A stretch of DNA of 64,000 bases, taken from an uncultured Lachnospiraceae bacterium. Its GTDB lineage: Bacteria > Bacillota > Clostridia > Oscillospirales > CAG-272. Shown here piece after piece: positions 14,985 through 23,900 of this stretch. Every line of letters starts with the position of its first letter. Position 1 is the first letter of the stretch. The notes beneath the pieces were generated by a model. It was not told where the DNA came from. It saw only the letters and a program-made list of their open reading frames with translations, and did no database searches. Both the position numbers and the translations under genes were made by a program. The stretch lies in the NCBI GenBank assembly GCA_964464905.1, contig CAYXHC010000001.1, positions 1,097-65,096 on the forward strand, in the 5' to 3' direction.

Positions 14985-15950
14985 ATGACGAAATACGTTA
15001 TAAAAAGAATCCTTTTGATGTTCTTCACGCTGTTCGTTATTGTTACGATCGCGTTTACGCTTATAAGACTGCTCCCTCAGCAGCCGCCGGACGGACTCGA
15101 CGCGAACCAGCGAAAAGCAGTTCTTGATCGTTGGAGAGCTCTTGGTTATGAAGAGCCCATTCCTACGCAGTTTGCGATCTACCTGAAGAATATCTTCACA
15201 AACGGAGACTTCGGCACGTCCTGGTCTATTGACTACCGTGAGCCTGCCCTTGATCTTCTTTTGTCCAGACTTCTTCCCACCGTTATCGTAAACCTTTATT
15301 CACTGCTGTTCTCCATCCCGATAGGTATCGGCCTCGGCATTTATGCAGCAGTCAAGAAAAATAAATGGCAGGACTCCTTCATAAGCACTATCGTTATGGT
15401 GTTTATTTCCGTGCCCTCCTACGTTTATGCCTTCCTCGTTCAGTATTTCTTCTATTATAAGTGGAACCTTCTGCCTCAGCTCGTTTCGTCTCTTGCGGAT
15501 GCGGGCGGTTCCTGGTTCTCCTGGAAGATGTTCGTAAGTATGATCTCCCCCGTGCTTGCGCTCTCCTTCGGTGAGATCGCAGGTCTTTGCCGTTTCACAA
15601 GAGCAGAGCTTACGGAGACCCTTACCTCCGACTATATGCTGCTCGCACGCACGAAGGGACTTACCCGCGCGCAGGCAACCACCCGTCACGCACTTAAAAA
15701 TGCAATGGTGCCGATCCTCCCCATGATCATTTCCAGCTTCGTTGGCATCCTCGGCGGTTCTATGATCATCGAACAGATCTTCTCCGTTCCCGGCGTTGGT
15801 CAGCTCTATATGCGTTCCATCAATCTGCTTGACTACGACGTATTTATGGTCGATACTGTATTCTACACGTTTATCGGACTTCTTGCCGGCATCGTCGTTG
15901 ATATAAGCTACGGCTTCATCGATCCGAGAATCAGAATGGGAGAAAAATAA
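14985..15950 (+). CDS. ABC transporter permease, OppB/DppB-like
   Basis: 321 aa, six predicted TM segments. The EAA-type loop reads LARTKGLTRAQATTRHALKNAMVPILP. AAGGAG lies 9 nt upstream of the ATG. Confidence 0.9.
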   Translation: MTKYVIKRILLMFFTLFVIVTIAFTLIRLLPQQPPDGLDANQRKAVLDRWRALGYEEPIPTQFAIYLKNIFTNGDFGTSWSIDYREPALDLLLSRLLPTVIVNLYSLLFSIPIGIGLGIYAAVKKNKWQDSFISTIVMVFISVPSYVYAFLVQYFFYYKWNLLPQLVSSLADAGGSWFSWKMFVSMISPVLALSFGEIAGLCRFTRAELTETLTSDYMLLARTKGLTRAQATTRHALKNAMVPILPMIISSFVGILGGSMIIEQIFSVPGVGQLYMRSINLLDYDVFMVDTVFYTFIGLLAGIVVDISYGFIDPRIRMGEK

Positions 15951-15951
15951 T

Positions 15952-17604
15952 ATGGCAGAAAAAACCTTTGATATTAACAGTATCCCGCGTGAGAAATTTG
16001 AATTTGCCCACGAAGGCGAACGCCTTATGGACAAAAAGTTCGATGATAAGCCGATAAGCTATTTCCGCGATGCATGGATCCGCTTCCGCAAGAATAAAGC
16101 GTCCGTTGCCGCGCTTGCTATCATCGTTATTATTGCTCTTTTCTCGTTCCTTTGCCCCGTTATCTCCGGATTCAGATCTACGGAAAAGACGACGTTTGAT
16201 AAAACGTTTATGGACGTTTATTATGCAAAGAAGGGACCGAGAAACGAGTTCCTTGCCAATATCGGCATTGCCGACGGTACCGTTGAGCGCTCTTATTCCG
16301 AGAAATCTCTCGTTTACACCGTTGGTATAGGCGTTGGTGCTGCAGACGGCGATGCTCACGGTGCGACCTTTGAGGAGGGGCTTGCAAGCAAGTATCAGCC
16401 TCTCATAAGAGGCTACAGTGATCCCGTGCTTCAGCAGAATGCAAAGAAGCAGATGGTTGAATATTATTATGCCGATTCCGACGTTTATCTTGAGGTTGGC
16501 TTTATCGAAAAGTCTATCGAGCAGTCCGAATACGCAGCGCTCAAGGCGTGGGAAGAGGAGACCGGTCTTCAGGTCCTCTATCCTCTTGTTGCGAAGAACG
16601 AATTCAATGCAGACCCTGCAAACGCAAACAACTGGTATAAGACTCAGAAGAACAATCCCGTTTCCGTTGATGAAGACGGTAACGTGACAAAGATCAAGCT
16701 TGCCGATCTCCAAAGCGGTAAGGCAGTGCTCGAGGATAATTACGAGCGCGACGCTGAGGGTAATGTTCTTTATTACAAGTACTCCGGAAGCAGCGACTTT
16801 GATACTGCTATGTTCAGAGTCCGTCTCCTTTACTATAACTACTATATGTTCAACAATGGCTTCGCACCCGAATATATTTTCGGTACCGACAGCCAGGGCT
16901 ACGACCTTGCTATACGTATGGCAGATGGTATCAGACTCTCTCTGCTCGTTGCCGTTTTCGTTTCCGTTATCAATTTCGTTCTCGGCGCTATGTACGGTGC
17001 CATTGAAGGATACTACGGCGGAACCATTGATATCATTCTTGAGCGTGTGTCCGATATCCTTGCAGGTATCCCCTTCGTCGTCGTTGCGACATTGTTCCAA
17101 CTCCACCTGAAGGACCCGATGGACCTTTTCTTCAGAAATGAATTCGGTCTTAAGTCTGCAGGTCCTATCGTATGTCTTCTCTTTGCATACGTCGTAACCG
17201 GATGGATCGGCACTGCGTCCAGAGTCAGAACGCAGTTCTACCGCTTCAAGTCTCAGGAATACGTTATGGCAGCAAGAACCCTCGGCGCGAGCGACCGCCG
17301 TATCATTTGGAAGCACATTTTCCCGAACACACTCGGTACTATCATCACATCATCCGCACTCGTTATCCCCGGAGTTATCAACTCAGAAAGTATGCTCAGC
17401 TATTTGGGTATCGTTAAGCTCGGTACAGCGGAAGCAACCTCTCTCGGTACGCTTCTCTCCGATGCAAGCAGCATCTGGACGAACTACCCGCACCTTCTCA
17501 TTTTCCCCGCTCTCATACTCTCTCTCCTTATGATATGCTTCAACCTATTCGGTAACGGTCTGCGCGATGCATTTAACCCGTCCCTTCGCGGTGTGGAGGA
17601 CTAA
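15952..17604 (+). CDS. ABC transporter permease, OppC/DppC-like, with an insertion of about 240 aa between TM1 and the GTD motif
   Basis: 550 aa. TM1 spans about aa 51-72. The canonical FGTDSQGYDLAIRMADGIRLSL motif appears only at aa 310. The EAA loop is ARTLGASDRRIIWKHIFPNTLG. The start lies 1 nt after the previous stop. Confidence 0.9.
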   Translation: MAEKTFDINSIPREKFEFAHEGERLMDKKFDDKPISYFRDAWIRFRKNKASVAALAIIVIIALFSFLCPVISGFRSTEKTTFDKTFMDVYYAKKGPRNEFLANIGIADGTVERSYSEKSLVYTVGIGVGAADGDAHGATFEEGLASKYQPLIRGYSDPVLQQNAKKQMVEYYYADSDVYLEVGFIEKSIEQSEYAALKAWEEETGLQVLYPLVAKNEFNADPANANNWYKTQKNNPVSVDEDGNVTKIKLADLQSGKAVLEDNYERDAEGNVLYYKYSGSSDFDTAMFRVRLLYYNYYMFNNGFAPEYIFGTDSQGYDLAIRMADGIRLSLLVAVFVSVINFVLGAMYGAIEGYYGGTIDIILERVSDILAGIPFVVVATLFQLHLKDPMDLFFRNEFGLKSAGPIVCLLFAYVVTGWIGTASRVRTQFYRFKSQEYVMAARTLGASDRRIIWKHIFPNTLGTIITSSALVIPGVINSESMLSYLGIVKLGTAEATSLGTLLSDASSIWTNYPHLLIFPALILSLLMICFNLFGNGLRDAFNPSLRGVED

Positions 17605-17607
17605 GTC

Positions 17608-19767
17608 ATGGATAAGATTCTTGAAGTTAAAGGACTTAAAATATCGTTCCGTACAAGCAGCGGAACGCTCAAGGCGGTTCGTGATATCTCCTTCGACCTT
17701 GAGCGCGGTAAGACTCTTGCCATAGTCGGTGAATCCGGCTCCGGCAAGTCTGTTACATCAAAAGCAATTCTCGGTATTCTTGCCGGCAACTCTATTATTG
17801 AGGGTGGCGAGATACTTTACGACGGTAAGGATCTTCTTAAGATCACCGAGGATGACATGTATAAGATCCGCGGAGATAAGATCTCTATGATCTTCCAGGA
17901 TCCGCTTTCGTCTCTGAATCCCATCGTTAAGATCGGTAAACAGATCACGGAAGCAATGCTCCTTAAAAATAAGGCAAACCGCAAGGAAGCGAGAGCTGAA
18001 TTTAACAGCATCCTCGCTCTCCTTCGCGAGAATATGATTGCAGCGTCCGGTGCTGAAAATGCGTCGAAGATCGAGGAGATGATCTCAACCTTCGACAAGT
18101 TCTGCATTGAGGCGACCAAGATCGAAACTGAATATAACGAAGCTTCTTCCGTTGCAGAAGAGCTTATCTCCAACATTGAAGACTTCGTCTTTATGATGGA
18201 AAAGAAGCAGAAGCTCGACGTTAAGGCGTCTCTCAAGGAATATGCAGAAAAGCTCGCAAGAGTTAAGAATCAGTTCCTTACAGTTGATCGCGACGAGGAG
18301 CTCACACGTCTCGCGGATGAAATGCTCGCTTTCAGAGCAGAGTATAAGAAGGACGCAAACGCTGAGGGCATGACTGAAAAGGTCATTTCCGTTCTTCGTG
18401 AAGTGCAGGCGGTCCTCCGGCAGGTGCTTGCAACCGAGCGTCCCAACTTCTTCCGCATCGGCTACTATAAGTACTGCGGAAACGACATTTCTCTTAACGG
18501 TAGGACCGTAGAAGAGCTCAACGAGATCACGCTTTCGTATCTCGACGAGAATTATATGAGAGAGTTCATCTCCGTTGAGACTAAGGGCGTTGAACATTCG
18601 TATAATGTTGCCCTCGAAAAGAAGAAGGAGGTTCTCGGAAAGCTTTCTGAAGCAAAGGAATTCTATCGCGGTGATTTCAAACAGAAGGCGGCAGAAGCTC
18701 TCTGCAAGACTCTTTCCGCTGAAGTTGAAGCTTCCATTGACAAGCTGGAGCTGCTCAAGGATAGTACTGCATACACGTTCAGAAGCAGTCTCTCCGGCGC
18801 CGTTGCGCAGTACTTCCGTTTCAAGAAGCAGAATCCTCGCGAGGAAGCACGCTTCGAACGTCAGACTAAAAAGCGCGATGCTCTTATCGCTCGCGGCAAG
18901 ACTGTTGACTGGAAGGTAGTGCCCAAGGTCGTCTACGATCTTGACGAGCTCAAGGCGAACATCGTTTCCATCATTGAGCATCTTGAAGAGCGCTACAATG
19001 CATACATTGCAGGTGCCGATTCTATAGATTTCAAGACACGCAGCTCCGATATCGTAGATCACCTTAAGGAAAAGGCTTCTCAGGTGGTTTACCGTGTAAC
19101 TGCAAGTATGGCAAAGGAACAGGCTATCAAGCTTATGGACGAGGTTGGTATCCACGAGCCCCGTACCCGTTACTATCAGTATCCCTTCGAGTTTTCCGGC
19201 GGTATGCGTCAGAGAATCGTTATCGCTATTGCACTTGCGGCAAACCCCGACATTCTCATCTGCGATGAACCTACCACTGCTCTCGACGTTACCATTCAGG
19301 CACAGATACTTGAGCTTATCAATAAGCTCAAGAGAGAAAGAAACCTTTCCGTTATCTTCATCACACACGACCTTGGTGTCGTTGCGAACATGGCTGACGA
19401 CATCGCAGTTATGTACGCAGGTAAGATCGTTGAATACGGTACGGCTGACGATATTTTCTATGATCCTCGTCATCCTTACACCTGGGCGCTCCTTTCTTCT
19501 ATGCCCGATCTCGATACCAATGAAAAACTCGACGCTATCCCCGGCACACCTCCCAATATGATCTATCCCCCTGTGGGCGATGCTTTTGCAGACCGTAACA
19601 AGTACGCGCTTAAGATAGATTTCGAGGCTCAGCCTCCTATGTTTGAGGTGTCTCCCACTCATAAGGCTGCTACCTGGCTCCTGCATCCCGATGCACCAAA
19701 GGTTGAGGTGCCGAAGATCATTACGAGCCGCATCGAAAGAATGAAAAAGGCAGGAGGTAATAACTGA
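17608..19767 (+). CDS. ABC transporter ATP-binding protein, OppD-like, 719 aa with an insertion of about 360 aa in the helical subdomain
   Basis: Walker A is GESGSGKS (aa 41-48). The Q-loop is MIFQDP (aa 94-99). The signature FSGGMRQR appears only at aa 529-536. Walker B is ILICDEPTTALD. The C-terminal Opp-type extension reads PRHPYTWALLSSMP. Confidence 0.9.
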   Translation: MDKILEVKGLKISFRTSSGTLKAVRDISFDLERGKTLAIVGESGSGKSVTSKAILGILAGNSIIEGGEILYDGKDLLKITEDDMYKIRGDKISMIFQDPLSSLNPIVKIGKQITEAMLLKNKANRKEARAEFNSILALLRENMIAASGAENASKIEEMISTFDKFCIEATKIETEYNEASSVAEELISNIEDFVFMMEKKQKLDVKASLKEYAEKLARVKNQFLTVDRDEELTRLADEMLAFRAEYKKDANAEGMTEKVISVLREVQAVLRQVLATERPNFFRIGYYKYCGNDISLNGRTVEELNEITLSYLDENYMREFISVETKGVEHSYNVALEKKKEVLGKLSEAKEFYRGDFKQKAAEALCKTLSAEVEASIDKLELLKDSTAYTFRSSLSGAVAQYFRFKKQNPREEARFERQTKKRDALIARGKTVDWKVVPKVVYDLDELKANIVSIIEHLEERYNAYIAGADSIDFKTRSSDIVDHLKEKASQVVYRVTASMAKEQAIKLMDEVGIHEPRTRYYQYPFEFSGGMRQRIVIAIALAANPDILICDEPTTALDVTIQAQILELINKLKRERNLSVIFITHDLGVVANMADDIAVMYAGKIVEYGTADDIFYDPRHPYTWALLSSMPDLDTNEKLDAIPGTPPNMIYPPVGDAFADRNKYALKIDFEAQPPMFEVSPTHKAATWLLHPDAPKVEVPKIITSRIERMKKAGGNN

Positions 19768-21023
19768 TGGAAGAAATCAAAAACGGTGAAGTTCTTCTCA
19801 AAGTTGAGAACCTGTGCCAGTATTTCAAAACGAATAAGGCTGTTGACGACGTAAGTTTCGAGATCAAGAAGGGCGAGGTTTTCGGACTCGTTGGAGAATC
19901 CGGTTGCGGTAAAACGACTACCGGCCGTTCCATCATCAAGATCTACGATATCACGTCAGGCAGCATCTATTTTAAGGGGCAGCGCATCTGTGCAGGTGTT
20001 CGTTCATATCTGAACGCTATCTCCGAAGCGAGAAAGTCCACTGCAGAAAAGATCAAGTCTCTTAAGGATGAGATCAAAGCTGATCCCGCAAAGGCAGATA
20101 CGAACAAGGCACTTATCGCTGAAGCGGAAGCAGAACTCAAAAAGATCGTGGCGGAAAACCGCGCCAATATTAAGTCTGCCAATTTCGATCATAGGTATTC
20201 CGACAGAGAATACTCAAAAACGTTGGTTGAAAGGATCAAGACAGAATATAAGGAACAGCTTAAGGCGGCAGAAGGCGATGCTAAGAAGACGGCAGAGCTG
20301 AAGCGCAAATATAAGAACGATCTCCGTGTTGCAAAGAACACGAAGCTCGTTACTAAGATACAGATGATTTTCCAGGATCCCATCGCGTCTCTCAATCCCC
20401 GTATGACGGTACGAGAGATCATCGCGGAAGGTCTCGTTATCAACGGTATCAAGGACAAGGAATATATTGACGAGAAGGTATACGAGATCCTTGAGCTCGT
20501 TGGTCTCGTTCGTGAACACGCAGGTCGTTATCCTCATGAGTTCTCAGGCGGTCAGCGTCAGAGAATCGGTATCGCCCGTTCCGTTATTATGCGTCCCGAT
20601 CTTCTTATCGCAGACGAGCCTATCTCCGCTCTTGACGTTTCCATTCAGGCTCAGATCATCAACCTTTTGAATGATCTTCGTCAGCAGCTCAGTCTTACCA
20701 TTCTCTTCATCGCACACGATCTTTCAGTCGTTAAGTATTTCTCCGATAGGATCGGTGTTATGTACTACGGTAAGATGGTAGAGCTTGCAACCTCCGATGA
20801 GCTTTTCGCGCATCCGTTGCATCCTTATACTCGTTCGCTTCTTTCTGCTATTCCGCTTCCGGATCCCCATTCGGAAAAGAACCGCACGAGGATCGTATAT
20901 AATTCTCTCGCGGAACACGATTACAGTGTTGATAAGCCCTCTATGAGAGAGATCACTCCCGGTCACTTCGTTTACTGTAACGATGCTGAGGAAACACGTT
21001 ACAAGAAGGAGCTTGGTCTGTGA
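19767..21023 (+). CDS. ABC transporter ATP-binding protein, OppF-like, 418 aa with an insertion of about 110 aa between Walker A and the Q-loop
   Basis: Walker A is GESGCGKT (aa 43-50). The Q-loop QMIFQDP appears only at aa 199-205. The signature is FSGGQRQR and Walker B is LLIADEPISALD. The ATG overlaps the upstream TGA by 1 nt. Confidence 0.9.
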   Translation: MEEIKNGEVLLKVENLCQYFKTNKAVDDVSFEIKKGEVFGLVGESGCGKTTTGRSIIKIYDITSGSIYFKGQRICAGVRSYLNAISEARKSTAEKIKSLKDEIKADPAKADTNKALIAEAEAELKKIVAENRANIKSANFDHRYSDREYSKTLVERIKTEYKEQLKAAEGDAKKTAELKRKYKNDLRVAKNTKLVTKIQMIFQDPIASLNPRMTVREIIAEGLVINGIKDKEYIDEKVYEILELVGLVREHAGRYPHEFSGGQRQRIGIARSVIMRPDLLIADEPISALDVSIQAQIINLLNDLRQQLSLTILFIAHDLSVVKYFSDRIGVMYYGKMVELATSDELFAHPLHPYTRSLLSAIPLPDPHSEKNRTRIVYNSLAEHDYSVDKPSMREITPGHFVYCNDAEETRYKKELGL

Positions 21024-21436
21024 AAAAGTATGCTCCGACAATTTTCAAATACGCCGTTACAATCGTGTTTGGCGCTATAATGTCGTGTTTGATATTTGAA
21101 AATTACGAATATGCCTCGGTTACCGATCTTGCTCAGAAGTATAAGATACTTTGCGATGCTTTTTCGGTGCCCGGTATCCTTCTGATAATGCTCGGATGCC
21201 TTGTGTATCTATCGAACGAAGGTGCTCTTGACGGCGTTTCGTTTTTGGTTGGCGGTGTTTTCAAGCGTCTGTTTCCGTTCGGGCAATGGCGCGAGGAAAG
21301 ATACGAGAAATATTCCGAATACGTAGAGCGCAAGCGCTCAAAAAAAGTAAAGGGATATGGCTTCGTTTTCATCGTCGGTGCAGGCTTCTTTGCTGTCTCA
21401 CTCATATTCTATTACCTGTTTTACAGCGTATATTGA
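21020..21436 (+). CDS. Small membrane protein (DUF3899-like), translationally coupled to the importer
   Basis: The GTG start overlaps the upstream stop (GTGA, 21020-21023). It is 138 aa with three or four hydrophobic segments and a central basic loop (ERKRSKKVKG). The DUF3899 assignment is by eye and tentative. Confidence 0.55.
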   Translation: MKKYAPTIFKYAVTIVFGAIMSCLIFENYEYASVTDLAQKYKILCDAFSVPGILLIMLGCLVYLSNEGALDGVSFLVGGVFKRLFPFGQWREERYEKYSEYVERKRSKKVKGYGFVFIVGAGFFAVSLIFYYLFYSVY

Positions 21437-21448
21437 CAAAGAAAAGAT

Positions 21449-21490
21449 CCGATTTCAAGAGTATGTGCCCTTGAAATCGGATTTTTTGTT
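21449..21490 (+). terminator. Rho-independent terminator ending the importer operon
   Basis: 13-bp stem ATCCGATTTCAAG (21449-21461) / CTTGAAATCGGAT (21472-21484), followed by TTTTTT. Confidence 0.85.
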
Positions 21491-21525
21491 CGTTTTGGAT
21501 AATGTTCGGGAATGGAACCGTTATT

Positions 21526-21555
21526 CGTTGACATCCGTAGTGCGGCGGTGATATA
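21526..21555 (+). promoter_or_regulatory. SigA-type promoter for the GH43 gene
   Basis: TTGACA (21526-21531), 18 nt spacer, TATACT (21550-21555). Confidence 0.6.
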
Positions 21556-21591
21556 CTGAAAACAGAGAAAAACTCTGCTGAGGTGTTGGCT

Positions 21592-23013
21592 ATGAAGACG
21601 AAAGAATACATAAAGGGCGCAAATCCATACATGCCCCTCTGGGAACACGTTCCGGACGGTGAGCCCCGTGTGTTTAACAATAACGGTGAGGAGAGACTTT
21701 ACGTTTACGGCTCCCACGATACGCTGAAAACGGAGTACTGCGGCACGGATTATGTTGTGTGGAGCGCGCCTACGGATGACCTTACCGACTGGAAATGTCA
21801 CGGTATATGCTACCGTTCGTCGGATGGCAGTCCGCTTTACGCGCCCGACGTGGTGGAGAAGGACGGAATATACTATCTGTATGCGGCGGAGGGCAGAGGC
21901 TCGCGTATCTTTGTGGCAAAGAGTGAAACACCGTGGGGACCTTTTACGGATCCCGTAAAAACGGAGCTTGGATTTGATCCCGGCGTGTTTGTTGACGATG
22001 ACGGTAGGGTGTATGCATTCTGGGGATTCTGCGCCGCATACGCAGCGGAGCTCTGTGACGATATGGCAACCATAAAGACCGGAACATTCCGCGCACAACC
22101 TATCGGCTGCTGCGACGCGCCCTGGCGAAACGGAAACTTGCCATATGATCCCGTTGATTCGTTTTTTGAAGCGTCCTCTCCTAGAAAGGTGGGGGATAAA
22201 TACATTTACATCTATTCAAAGCGTTATGAGGGGTATTTGCCCGAGTTTGGAATAAACGGTCCCTGCAGCGGATTTCTTTCCTATCAGTACAGCGACTCGC
22301 CCCTGGACGGATACGTGTGGGGCGGCGACATAAGTCTTAACGCAGGCGAGATTCTGGAGAAGAAGGAGGGCAAGGAACACACCTTCCGTTGGGGAAACAA
22401 TCACGGAAGCATCGTTTGCGTGAAGGGAAAGTGGTACGTGTTCTACCATAGACAGACCGGTCGCGACGAATACTCCCGTCAGGCGATGCTGGAGCCTATC
22501 GAGGTGGCGTTTGGCAAGGACGGGAAGCCTTATATAGGCAAGGTGATATACGAAAACGGGGAACCCATAGCTTCCGTGCCTGTTGAAATGACCTCTCAAG
22601 GAGCGCATACGGACGGTATTGATGCGTATAAGATCATATCCGCAGGCTATGCCTGTCATATTTCCAGAGCAAAGGGGGCGTATATCGTTGCCGTTTACGA
22701 CGAGATTGAATCGGTGACGGCTCCGGTGGCTGATATACCGAACGGAGGTGTAGTTGGCTTCAGATATTTGAATTTTGGTGACGTTTCGCCAAAGACGGTG
22801 ACTTTGGAAGCAGAATCCGAGGCGAATCTTACGGTAAACGTACGTATTAACAGCCGCGACGGTGAGATCATTGCAACCGTGGTGATCGAAAAAGGCAAGA
22901 CGGAGGCTGATGCTGACGTAAAAGCAAACGTCACGGGCAACAAGGCGGTGTATTTTGAGTTTGTCACCGACGGCAGCCTTGCGAGATTCGACAGATTCAC
23001 CTTCGACCGATAA
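21592..23013 (+). CDS. Glycoside hydrolase family 43 (beta-xylosidase / alpha-L-arabinofuranosidase-like) with a C-terminal beta-sandwich
   Basis: ORF track gives 21583..23013. I placed the start at ATG 21592 with GAGGTG 6 nt upstream. The N-terminus, NPYMPLWEHVPDGEPRVF...LYVYGSHD, is typical of cytoplasmic GH43 enzymes. No signal peptide is present. Confidence 0.8.
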   Translation: MKTKEYIKGANPYMPLWEHVPDGEPRVFNNNGEERLYVYGSHDTLKTEYCGTDYVVWSAPTDDLTDWKCHGICYRSSDGSPLYAPDVVEKDGIYYLYAAEGRGSRIFVAKSETPWGPFTDPVKTELGFDPGVFVDDDGRVYAFWGFCAAYAAELCDDMATIKTGTFRAQPIGCCDAPWRNGNLPYDPVDSFFEASSPRKVGDKYIYIYSKRYEGYLPEFGINGPCSGFLSYQYSDSPLDGYVWGGDISLNAGEILEKKEGKEHTFRWGNNHGSIVCVKGKWYVFYHRQTGRDEYSRQAMLEPIEVAFGKDGKPYIGKVIYENGEPIASVPVEMTSQGAHTDGIDAYKIISAGYACHISRAKGAYIVAVYDEIESVTAPVADIPNGGVVGFRYLNFGDVSPKTVTLEAESEANLTVNVRINSRDGEIIATVVIEKGKTEADADVKANVTGNKAVYFEFVTDGSLARFDRFTFDR

Positions 23014-23090
23014 GAGAGTTTAATGAAAGTAAAAATGATGCCATTGGCGGATGCTTATTAAACATTTTCTGAACATATAGAGGTGAAAAG

Positions 23091-23678
23091 ATGAAAGACT
23101 TTATATTTATTACCGGAGCAAGCGGTATAGGAAAAACAACCTTGAGTAACGGTTTACTCGCACACTATAAAACAACGTGTGTAGAGCAGCATATGATACC
23201 TGAGTTCATCTCACGAGACGGCGCCGAGGCGATGACGGGAGAACTTGAAGAGCTTACTTGTTGGGAAAATCAAGTGGCAATGCTTATGTGTTTTCATGGG
23301 TTAGGTTATAAAAATATAATTGCTTCTGATATTGACGATTTAAGAACGGCAGATATTCCTATTGTTTTCAAGGGCACTGATTTCATCACAATAAAACTTA
23401 TATGCAGCGATTTAGATCAGATTCAGGAGCAGATGAAAAATCGACCTAACAACGGACTTATAGATTACGAGTTGCAAAAAAAGATGAATGAGAAAAATAT
23501 TAAGCGAAAGCCTCTTGTCAATGAAGTGGAAATTGATGTTGCTGGTAAATCAATTGAAGAGGTGCTTGAACAAGCCATAAATATTATTGACACCACGACC
23601 TCTCTGTTTGACTATGAATACACAAAACCACCAAAAGAGATGTTTTATTCATGGGTTTTTGCGAATGGATTAAGATAA
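23091..23678 (+). CDS. P-loop NTPase / small kinase-like protein, compositionally foreign
   Basis: Walker A is ITGASGIGKTTLS at aa 7-19. GAGGTG lies upstream of the start. The first 100 nt contain 39 G+C, against 50 of 100 for the start of the neighbouring GH43 gene (hand counts). The gene uses TTA five times, TCA three times and many ATA codons, which neighbouring genes avoid. Confidence 0.65.
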   Translation: MKDFIFITGASGIGKTTLSNGLLAHYKTTCVEQHMIPEFISRDGAEAMTGELEELTCWENQVAMLMCFHGLGYKNIIASDIDDLRTADIPIVFKGTDFITIKLICSDLDQIQEQMKNRPNNGLIDYELQKKMNEKNIKRKPLVNEVEIDVAGKSIEEVLEQAINIIDTTTSLFDYEYTKPPKEMFYSWVFANGLR

Positions 23679-23900
23679 AACTTGAATTTGTCCGCTCTTG
23701 AAAAAACTTTGGGAACTAAAGGGCGAATTTCTATACACTCCGGTTAGGCGTATCGTGCATCCGCGGAGCTTCGTTCGCCATCAGCAGAAGAAAATTCATA
23801 GCCAAGAACGTTACGTTGCTATTTTCCGTCAAGGTGAGCCCGCTTTTTTTGCGCTGCAAAAGCGGCTATCCACTGCGGACGGTAAGTTTGATGAATATCC

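Noticed and set aside
15931-17316. 461-aa minus-strand ORF opposite the OppC-like permease
   Set aside because: Same explanation. The plus strand has the TM pattern and EAA loop of an ABC permease.
18085-19686. 533-aa minus-strand ORF inside the OppD-like gene
   Set aside because: The sense strand carries Walker A/B, the Q-loop and the signature motif. The antisense frame is open only because TTA, CTA and TCA are avoided. No start context is present.
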